A stretch of DNA of 23,345 nucleotides from Elainellaceae cyanobacterium (GTDB taxonomy: Bacteria > Cyanobacteriota > Cyanobacteriia > CAZCXK01). The notes beneath the pieces were generated by a model. The model made no database searches. It saw only the letters and a program-made list of their open reading frames with translations, and was not told where the DNA came from. Position 1 is the first letter of the stretch; each line of letters begins with the position of its first letter. The stretch covers positions 1-23,345 of the forward strand of contig JBNPEG010000217.1 in NCBI GenBank assembly GCA_051117555.1, read 5' to 3'. This document shows positions 15,587-23,345 of this stretch, piece after piece. The position numbers and the translations under genes were made by a program.

Positions 15587-18500
15587 ATGCAAAACGCGAC
15601 ACGATCAGGATTCAGCATTAGCCGAATCGCGATTCGGCGGCACATCGGCACTCTGATGCTCACCATTGCTCTCCTAGTGCTTGGGCTCTTTTTCGTCACG
15701 CAGCTTTCGGTTGACTTGCTGCCATCCATCACCTATCCGCGCATTGGGTTGCGAGTCGCTGCGCCTGGCATTTCGCCCGAAGTCGCCGTTGATGAGGTTA
15801 CGCGTCCTCTAGAAGAGGCTCTGTCTGCCACCGAAGGAGTTGAGCAAATCTTTTCTCAAACTCGTGACGGACGCCTTAGCATCGACTTATATTTTGAACC
15901 CGGCGGCAATATCGACCAGGCGCTCAATGATGCGACCGCCGCCTTAAACCGTGCCCGTGACCAGCTTCCTGACACAATTGATACACCGCGCCTGTTTAAA
16001 TTTGACCCGTCTCAGCTTCCGGTTTATGAATTTGCGCTCACGTCACAAACGCTTCAAGGCGTGGATTTGCGGATTTTTGCTGACGAAGAACTGGGACGAG
16101 AACTGACCGTCGTTCCAGGTGTCGCCAGCGTGGATGTGTCAGGAGGGTTACAGGAAGAGGTATTAGTCAAGGTCGATCTAAATCGCTTGCAAGCCTCAAG
16201 TGTTGGGCTTGTTGACCTGCTAGACCAGCTAGACGCTCGCAACCAAGACATTGCAGGTGGCCGCATTCGCGGAGACGATTCTGAATCGCTAACGCGCACC
16301 CTGGGACGATTTCAAGAGGCTGATGAGGTTCGAGATCTCTCGTTTGATGTCGGCGACGATACCACAGCGCGTCAGGTGAAGCTGCGTGACTTTGCTGACG
16401 TCATCGACGGCACCGAAGAACAGCGCGTCTTCGTCACGCTCAATCGGCAGCCTGCCGTTAAGGTGAGCGTTCAAAAGCAGCCAGATGCTAATACGATTAC
16501 TGTGATTAATGCCGTCAAGCGGCGCATGGAGATGATGCGCGACTCGGGGGTCTTTCCAGATGACCTGATCCTGACGGTAACGCTAGATGAGTCAATTTTT
16601 ATTCGCGATGCCATTCGCAATGTGGCCGTTTCGGGTCTAACGGGGGCAACTCTGGCAGCGATCGCCGTCCTCCTTTTCCTAGGGTCACTCCGGCAAACCT
16701 TTATCATCGTTACTGCCATTCCGTTGGCTACACTGGCGGCCATCATGATGATGTGGCTGTTTGGCTTATCGCTCAACGTGTTTACCCTGGGCGGGCTTGC
16801 CCTTGGCGTCGGGATTGTCGTTGATAATTCCATCGTCATGCTGGAGAACATTGCCAGCGGAATCAGTACAGCCGCGCAAGATCATGCCAATGGCAATGGA
16901 ACAAGCGATATCGGCAACAGCCCTAGTGACGCGAATGGCAATGAGTTGATTCACCCGCCCCCTGAGGCTCTGATTCATCAGGCAGAACAAAGCAGCCAGC
17001 AAGTCGAATCGGCATTGCTGGCCTCGACGAGCACTAACTTGGTGGCAGTGATTCCGTTTCTGATGATTGGTGGATTCATCTCACTCCTGTTTAACGAATT
17101 GATTTTGGCGGTTAGTTTTTCGATTGCGGCATCGCTGCTAGTAGCGCTGACCGTGGTGCCCATGTTGGCGTCTCGGCTGCTGGCGATTCCTAAATCAAGC
17201 CACATCCACCGATGGAAGCCGCTGAGATGGTTTCAGCAACGCGTCAAATCTGGGACCTCGACCTATGCTCGTTTTCTAGATAAGGTACTCCGCCGCCGAC
17301 TTCTCACAATCGCGATCGCCTTCGTGATTCTGGGAGGTGGCAGCGTCCTCATGATTGGGCAGATTCCCCAAGAAATCTTGCCCGAAATTGACACTGGGCT
17401 TGCCGAACTTCGAGTGCAATTTCCACCTGGAACGCCTCTAGCCGACAACCGCACCGTCATGACATACATTGACGAACTCCTGATGGAACAGCCCGAATCT
17501 GAGTACGTGTTTACCACGGCTGGGGGCTCCCTCTTTGGCAGCAGTACGAGTGAGAATACGCTCCGAGGACGCAGCACTATCACCCTAAAACCGAGTGCCA
17601 ATGTTGAGGAATTCACTGACCGATTAAACCAGCAGGTCAATCAGTTTAATCTGGTTGATTCTCGTATTCGCGCCTATCCCGATTCGGTTCGAGGGCTGAT
17701 CTTGAATAATTCCCCGGTTCGCGGAGACATTGACGTAGGGCTCCAGGGATCAAATACTGAAACGCTTCAGCAGGCAGGGCTTCAAGTTCTTAGCGCCCTC
17801 GATGAACAAGCCTCGTTAGCACGATACAGCCCGGATGCAGAAGAACCCCAGACCGAGGTGCAGATTATTCCTGACTGGGAACGGCTCTCGTTCCTTGACT
17901 TGACGACTGCTGATATCGGAAACACGATTCAAACGGCTCTCTTGGGATCAGTGCCCACTCAGCTTCAGCGGGGCGATCGCCTCGTTGATGTGCGAGTCCA
18001 GCTCGATCGAGATGCCATCGAGCAACCCGATCAACTCCAGTCGCTGCCGTTGTTTGTCGATGATAATAAGCGAGTGCGCTTGGGAGATGTTGCAACCATT
18101 CAAGGCGGGAACGCACCGGGTGAAATTCAGCGCATTAATCAGCGACAGGTCTATCTTATCGAAGGCGATTTAAACGACGGAGCGAACCTCAGCCAAGCGC
18201 TGGAAGAAGTAGATCAAATCCTAGCAGGGCTAGAACTGCCGGACGGCGTAAGTCGTCTGCCGAGTTATGCAGAGGCGAGCAATCAGCAGATTCAATCGTC
18301 CCTAATTATTCTAGGCGGGCTAGCAGCGTTCCTTGTTTTCGTGGTAATGGCCGTTCAATATAATTCTCTGATTGATCCCCTCGTCATTATTTTGACGGTT
18401 CCCCTCGCCCTAGCAGGCGGCATATTTGGGCTCTTCGTCACACAAACAGCACTCGGTGCAACCGTTATTATTGGTGCCGTTTTGCTAGTTGGAATCGTGG

Positions 18501-18874
18501 TCAACAACGCCATCATCATGGTGGAATTAGCAAACCAGATCCGCTCAGCAGAACAGGTCAATCACCGAACCGCCATCCTGTTAGCAGCTCCTCAACGGCT
18601 TCGCCCCATCTTGATGACGACCGTAACGACTGTGCTGGGATTATTTCCGTTAGCATTGGGACTCGGAGATGGCTCAGAATTCTTACAACCTCTTGGAATT
18701 GTCGTGTTCTCAGGACTGTCGCTAGCCACCCTGCTAACGTTAATCATCATTCCTTGCTTTTATACTCTGCTGCACGACCTGCTCGAACCGACGGAAAATA
18801 AATGGCAACGCTCCCGTCTCCGTCCCCATCTGTCTACAGCCTCAGACGAAGACACAATCCGACAGAGAAATTAA
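15587..18874 (+). CDS. RND efflux permease (AcrB/AcrD/AcrF family)
   Basis: 1095 aa with VDLLPSI, GIVVDNSIVMLEN, GIVVNNAI, RLRPILMT and a 12-TM layout. Confidence 0.95.
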   Translation: MQNATRSGFSISRIAIRRHIGTLMLTIALLVLGLFFVTQLSVDLLPSITYPRIGLRVAAPGISPEVAVDEVTRPLEEALSATEGVEQIFSQTRDGRLSIDLYFEPGGNIDQALNDATAALNRARDQLPDTIDTPRLFKFDPSQLPVYEFALTSQTLQGVDLRIFADEELGRELTVVPGVASVDVSGGLQEEVLVKVDLNRLQASSVGLVDLLDQLDARNQDIAGGRIRGDDSESLTRTLGRFQEADEVRDLSFDVGDDTTARQVKLRDFADVIDGTEEQRVFVTLNRQPAVKVSVQKQPDANTITVINAVKRRMEMMRDSGVFPDDLILTVTLDESIFIRDAIRNVAVSGLTGATLAAIAVLLFLGSLRQTFIIVTAIPLATLAAIMMMWLFGLSLNVFTLGGLALGVGIVVDNSIVMLENIASGISTAAQDHANGNGTSDIGNSPSDANGNELIHPPPEALIHQAEQSSQQVESALLASTSTNLVAVIPFLMIGGFISLLFNELILAVSFSIAASLLVALTVVPMLASRLLAIPKSSHIHRWKPLRWFQQRVKSGTSTYARFLDKVLRRRLLTIAIAFVILGGGSVLMIGQIPQEILPEIDTGLAELRVQFPPGTPLADNRTVMTYIDELLMEQPESEYVFTTAGGSLFGSSTSENTLRGRSTITLKPSANVEEFTDRLNQQVNQFNLVDSRIRAYPDSVRGLILNNSPVRGDIDVGLQGSNTETLQQAGLQVLSALDEQASLARYSPDAEEPQTEVQIIPDWERLSFLDLTTADIGNTIQTALLGSVPTQLQRGDRLVDVRVQLDRDAIEQPDQLQSLPLFVDDNKRVRLGDVATIQGGNAPGEIQRINQRQVYLIEGDLNDGANLSQALEEVDQILAGLELPDGVSRLPSYAEASNQQIQSSLIILGGLAAFLVFVVMAVQYNSLIDPLVIILTVPLALAGGIFGLFVTQTALGATVIIGAVLLVGIVVNNAIIMVELANQIRSAEQVNHRTAILLAAPQRLRPILMTTVTTVLGLFPLALGLGDGSEFLQPLGIVVFSGLSLATLLTLIIIPCFYTLLHDLLEPTENKWQRSRLRPHLSTASDEDTIRQRN

Positions 18875-18986
18875 GGAAGAGGGTTTAAGGTGAGGCAATA
18901 CTTACCAATATAAAAACATGAGCAAACCAACGAGGCTAATTGCTCTAGACAAATTGATCAAGTTAATCAGCTAACGTACAAATAGG

Positions 18987-19250
18987 CTACCGCGCAAATG
19001 AGCGGCTAACCACATTATATTTTCGGCTTGCACCCGATATCTGACGCGGATCATCGGCTGGCTGAGCGACTGAGCTAGCATCCGGCTGCATTGAGATATA
19101 TTCCTCAATTGCTTGAAATGCTTCAGCTTCAGACGATAACCACCGCTGAACCAAAATATCGTAGGGCTTATGACGAGTTTCGGTGACAGGAGCAGGCTCC
19201 CACATTTTCAGGAACACCCCGTTGCTGGTTGGGGTAATCTGGTACTTCAT
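18987..19250 (-). CDS. Small hypothetical protein
   Basis: 87-aa ATG ORF in an otherwise empty interval; no family recognised. Confidence 0.5.
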   Translation of the reverse strand: MKYQITPTSNGVFLKMWEPAPVTETRHKPYDILVQRWLSSEAEAFQAIEEYISMQPDASSVAQPADDPRQISGASRKYNVVSRSFAR

Positions 19251-20101
19251 CGTTTAGTGCACTAGGTAGACACACGCCAGGGGCTCATTCGCAATCAGAC
19301 CTCAGTTTGACTTGGGCATACTGCGCTCCGACCACATAAGACGCGGTATTTAACGAGTATTTAAGGATTAGGCAAACCTCATACTCAGAGCCATCCCCCA
19401 TGGCGTTGGACAGACTTAATTCAACCCGGATTATACAGATTCTGTGAGAATAGTATCATCTGCTAGAGGAATTGTTTTGTATAAATCAATCACCTGCGAA
19501 GATCAAATCATCAATTTTAAAGAGAGCGCTATGCGTCTATAACCGCCAGTCTCTGATTCTTTGTCAGTCCGTCAGGAGTGAAGCACATAATCGTAGGCAA
19601 ACCCTAACCGTCTAGAACAACGCATGTCTTCATACGCTAATTTTGATTGCTGGATCGACGGTCTAAAATTTTCAACACTGTTTGAGCTAGTTTTAATCTA
19701 TGGTTGAAAATCTCGTCAAACAAAACGGTCCCAGTCAAAATGATCAGTAAGACAGCCAAATCCATAACCTGACCCTCGTTTATGCTATCTCCGCGTCTTC
19801 AGACTACTCAAGCGGATTCTTCTCTACTTCCTTCAGCAGCATGACCCGCTTGGGGGAAGCCGTATCGTACGAAGCAAGCTAATGTCCATATGGTTTGATA
19901 TCCCTTTCCGCCACACAGCCAAAAGCCCTGCAAAATTCAAGCTGCCTATCTTGTAAAGTTATCTAACATTTATACGCCTATCCTGTTTTTGCTCTTGAAA
20001 CCTGTAGTGTTGCAGGAAACTTAACAAGATTATGAATAGTCTCTGTTACAAGAGCTGTAACCATGCTAATCAAACTCGCTACACCTTCTATCGTGTAAAG
20101 T

Positions 20102-20707
20102 ATGCCTTCTACCGTTAAGCCGTCGACCGAGCCTGCGTGGAATCAGATGCCGTTGGTAGTCCAACCTGATCCATCGCAATTAGACAATATCAAAGCTCAG
20201 CTTGATCTCGTCTTGCTGGCTTTGGAAGCATTGGCTGGCATTGGTTCAGATGCAATTCTTCAAGCTGCTGCTGATTTACAATTGACTGACGTGGTCGCTG
20301 ATCGAGTCTCTCTATGGCGCCTAAGACAAGCAAGCCCACTTCGGAAAGGGCAGGGGCGAAAACGTTTGGACGTGGAAGAGGCGCGATCGCTCGTGCTGAT
20401 TAGTTGTCACTTGGCAAAACAACATCGAGAATTGATTCGCCGAGCCGTTGCCCTGCTAGAGCAGTTGACAGAACAAGGAGAACCGCCTCATCAAGCGGCT
20501 CTTTTGGGAGATTATCTAGACAACTTCAGCAACACGTATCAAGAAAGAATGGATCATGGAGATGAAACCCCAATCGCTCAGTTAACTCATTTAGCGCTTA
20601 AGCTACTGATTGACTTGTTGTTTTACAGCGCGCCGAACGGCTCTCGACGGTTGTGGCTTGCATTACTCGATCGAGCTGCTCTACCGGCCTCTGCTCGTTC
20701 GTATTAA
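20102..20707 (+). CDS. DUF3038 domain protein
   Basis: IKAQLDLVLLALEAL, DRVSLWRLRQASPLRK, LLGDYLDNF and LLIDLLFYS; adjacent to a DUF4335 gene, as usual in cyanobacteria. Confidence 0.88.
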   Translation: MPSTVKPSTEPAWNQMPLVVQPDPSQLDNIKAQLDLVLLALEALAGIGSDAILQAAADLQLTDVVADRVSLWRLRQASPLRKGQGRKRLDVEEARSLVLISCHLAKQHRELIRRAVALLEQLTEQGEPPHQAALLGDYLDNFSNTYQERMDHGDETPIAQLTHLALKLLIDLLFYSAPNGSRRLWLALLDRAALPASARSY

Positions 20708-20859
20708 ACCGCATCTAAGTCCAAGACTGAAGTTCTGGCTGTGAAAAAACTCCAAATTTTCAGTTGGCTTTGGCATCGTGCGATCGCCACCTCTATATTT
20801 ATCTCCTTGTTCAACCGCTATAGATTACGCAGAGATTAATTATTCCTCCTCGATCAACT

Positions 20860-22359
20860 ATGTCTATATCCATTCTGCGTCGATATACCCCATCTACCTG
20901 CACTCTAGAAATCATGGCGAAAGAGTCGCCCCTTTCTCGTTGGACTGGGCGACCGGCGCTTAAGCAGGTCCGGTTTCAGCTTAGTTTTGACGGTCCTCAC
21001 TTACCCACCGATCGGCATGTGGCAGTCCGTGGCGATCGCGAGCAGCTTGATCGGTTGTGTGACATTGTTGAAGAGTATGTCCAAGGACTTCTTAGGCAAT
21101 CGCCCGCTCAGTTTGACACGCTGCTGTCGTTAACCTCGACTGAGCCCAGAGCGTTTTCCCGAGCGGATACCCACGGTTCTCACAATGGTCAGCTTGGCGA
21201 TCGCCCACTCAATGAAATCTCTCAGTCTGCCGGTATGTCGCTTCAGCCCGTAGGCGCTCTAAAACATAGCCTCTCACTGGGGGAACTGGCCACCTCCGAA
21301 TCAGGTTCATCGGTGACGCTAAGCACCTTGGAATTATTTGATCTGGCGAATGCTCTCGACGAATATCAGGCTGATACCTTGTCGTTGCCTGCGTTCGAGC
21401 ATGCTCGTCAGCACTATTTTTCCAATACCTGGTTGCGGGTTGCGGCAGTCTTGCTGCTGACCGTAGGCGTCACTGCAACCGTCACTCAGTTTCTGACTAA
21501 TTCGTCTACGACGAGCCTGCAAACAGCCGATTCTGTGGATAATTCGGACGGCCAATCGGAGGACGACATTGCGCGGTCGACGAACGACGATATCACGTCT
21601 GACGACACTCTATCTGAATCGGCAGAAGTCAATCTTGGCTTAGAGCAGACTCCATCAGGCGAAGCGGCACCGTTTTCAGATCTTGCGCAGCCAACGCGCC
21701 CCAGTCCGTCGCCCAATTCAGCCCCCCCCGAAAATCGTCGGTCTCAGCAGCGTCAACCGTCTAATAGAGGGCCGTCACCCAATGGAAGTCAGCAACCGAC
21801 CAATCCAGTGCCATCCATTCCTCCACAACTGACTGCCATCCCTCCAGTCGAGCGGAGCGATCGCGCGAGTTCTCCCTCTCCCTCCGGTGATATGGCCTCA
21901 AATGATACGGCATCGTCGGCTGCTGAATCAGCGCCCCTGCCATCTTCCGCAGCAATGAGCCGTCAGCCATCAGATCCTGGCGGAATCAGCAGTTCTACCC
22001 CACAACCCGAATCCAGAATTTCGCGCTCCGCTACAGACGGAATGTCGGATCAGGCTGCACTGGGAGATCCCAATACAATTCCTCAGCTTGAAGAAATCCG
22101 AGACTATTTTCGCGATCGCTGGCAGCCTCCCGAAAGTCTGACCCGCAATCTAGAATACCGTCTGATGCTCAATGCCGATGGGTCAATCGAACGAGTCGTT
22201 CCCCTCGGCCCCACCGCCGAAGACTATATCGATCGTACCGAGATGCCTTTGAGAGATGAGCCATTTGTCTCCCGGATTCAGGGCGGGCACATGCCCCAGA
22301 TTCGGCTAATTCTAGGCGCAGACGGCGACGTTCAAGCCTTCTTAGAATACCTAAACTAG
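20860..22359 (+). CDS. DUF4335 domain protein (single TM, Pro/Ser-rich linker, TonB-C-like terminus)
   Basis: RRYTPSTCTLEI..SPLSRW, LFDLANALDEY, TM segment and YFRDRWQPP..L...LEYRL. Confidence 0.85.
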   Translation: MSISILRRYTPSTCTLEIMAKESPLSRWTGRPALKQVRFQLSFDGPHLPTDRHVAVRGDREQLDRLCDIVEEYVQGLLRQSPAQFDTLLSLTSTEPRAFSRADTHGSHNGQLGDRPLNEISQSAGMSLQPVGALKHSLSLGELATSESGSSVTLSTLELFDLANALDEYQADTLSLPAFEHARQHYFSNTWLRVAAVLLLTVGVTATVTQFLTNSSTTSLQTADSVDNSDGQSEDDIARSTNDDITSDDTLSESAEVNLGLEQTPSGEAAPFSDLAQPTRPSPSPNSAPPENRRSQQRQPSNRGPSPNGSQQPTNPVPSIPPQLTAIPPVERSDRASSPSPSGDMASNDTASSAAESAPLPSSAAMSRQPSDPGGISSSTPQPESRISRSATDGMSDQAALGDPNTIPQLEEIRDYFRDRWQPPESLTRNLEYRLMLNADGSIERVVPLGPTAEDYIDRTEMPLRDEPFVSRIQGGHMPQIRLILGADGDVQAFLEYLN

Positions 22360-22679
22360 CGATCGCCTGAGAACGATGGTCGGATTCCGGTTACCCGTTC
22401 AACCACAGTTGGCGGCAACCCAGGGCGAATAACGCCACAGTAATACATAGTGAGGACGGCTTCATAGACCCAATGGTCGGGCGTTACATCGGTGTAGGGA
22501 TTGGGCAGAGTTTCAACCTCGCCACTCACGCAGGCGTCGACCACCTGCTGAGCCGACGGTTCTGCTTGGGCAAGCTCAGACGGGCGATCGCGTTCTGCTG
22601 TTTGGGCAAATACTGGAAGGTTTGCGCTAAGGGCGATCGCCATCGCAACTGAAAGTGAATATCGAAATTGCATCGGCAT
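22356..22679 (-). CDS. Small secreted protein with SLH-like motif
   Basis: Signal peptide ending VFA-Q; YTDVTPDHWVYEAV..MYYCG S-layer homology-like motif. Confidence 0.7.
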   Translation of the reverse strand: MPMQFRYSLSVAMAIALSANLPVFAQTAERDRPSELAQAEPSAQQVVDACVSGEVETLPNPYTDVTPDHWVYEAVLTMYYCGVIRPGLPPTVVERVTGIRPSFSGDR

Positions 22680-22721
22680 TATTAAGAGATTTATTAAGAG
22701 ATTTGATAGGGGGCTAACGAC

Positions 22722-23093
22722 TTAATCGGGTTGCAAAAAATCATAGAGAATCTCGTCAGGTTCGTCTTCGATCTCGTCGTCCGGGAGAGGATCAATGGGC
22801 CGATCTGTAGGATTAGTCACGGCTAGCGACGGATGCGGATACAACCGCTGATGTAGCCCCTGCACCTGCTCACGCAGGCTACCAACCATTTTCTCTAAGT
22901 TTTCTACCCGTTCTAACGACGCATAGCGTTCTGGGATCGTTTCACGCTTGAAGTAGTCAGCCAAAATAGCGGAGACAGCATCTGACAAAGAGGCTAGGCG
23001 GTGTTTTTCTTGATAGGTGACGAGCTTTTGATGAAGCGCCAACGACACTGCGATCGATAGGGAAGGCTCTTGAGTGGGCATTGACAGATCCAA
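22722..23093 (-). CDS. Hypothetical protein (RHH-like N-terminus, coiled coil, acidic tail)
   Basis: IAVSLALHQKL..YQEKH..SLSDAVSAILADYF, then a heptad region and EDEPDEILYDFL. Confidence 0.7.
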   Translation of the reverse strand: MDLSMPTQEPSLSIAVSLALHQKLVTYQEKHRLASLSDAVSAILADYFKRETIPERYASLERVENLEKMVGSLREQVQGLHQRLYPHPSLAVTNPTDRPIDPLPDDEIEDEPDEILYDFLQPD

Positions 23094-23180
23094 GAAAATA
23101 TCTTCTCTAAAGGTAGCATCGCACTCTTTAAATGTTCATAGCACTATACGCTCATGCTAAGTAGGTGGGCGGAATCAAAT

Positions 23181-23316
23181 GTAGGATGGGTATAGCCCTT
23201 CGGGCATGGCTTCGCTAAAGCGATAGCGTAACCCATGCGGGCGTTGGGTTATTGCATTCGGCAAGGCTGCGCCTTTCTTGAATGCCCCTTGGGCTATACG
23301 TACCTCAACCCAACCT
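23181..23316. repeat. GTAG-type REP-like doublet with nested small palindromes
   Basis: GTAGGATGGGT...ACCCAT (23181-23236) and GTTGGGTT...AACCCAAC (23243-23314), each enclosing further hairpins. Confidence 0.65.
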
Positions 23317-23345
23317 TGTATATAAGCGGTACGCCCCTCGGATTT

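Noticed and set aside
14671..18561. Short ORFs overlapping the RND genes
   Set aside because: Shadow ORFs of long conserved genes.
22679..22704. 12-bp tandem TTATTAAGAGAT x2 as a regulatory element
   Set aside because: Real but short and AT-rich; most simply a slippage duplication with no further support.

Overview
Cyanobacterial chromosomal DNA: the HIP1 octamer GCGATCGC is frequent from 2201 onward, and DUF3038/DUF4335 genes and STRR/REP-like repeats are present. Positions 1-2198 are an apparently intact integron. intI (1236-2198, +) is divergent from a minus-strand cassette array, with an attI crossover at 945/944. Cassette 1 encodes a secreted OB-fold (YgiW/BOF-like) protein and is closed by an 87-bp attC (225-311). 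Cassette 2 starts with an RHH antitoxin and runs off the window. Between attI and intI lies a ~41.5-bp-phased array of dyad-symmetric TTATGC..GCATAA units, followed by a LexA-like box. Downstream of intI are a second LexA-like box, a highly structured ~190-nt leader and a 78-aa protein. A minus-strand cluster follows: ATP-grasp PGM1-like ligase, DUF5132-like protein, HMA2-fused P2A-type ATPase and a MetK paralog whose methionine/adenine pocket residues are replaced. The rest is ordinary: M48 protease, RCK_C membrane protein, dienelactone hydrolase, RND efflux pair, DUF3038/DUF4335 and small hypothetical genes. All calls come from reading the sequence and recalling family motifs; no searches were run.
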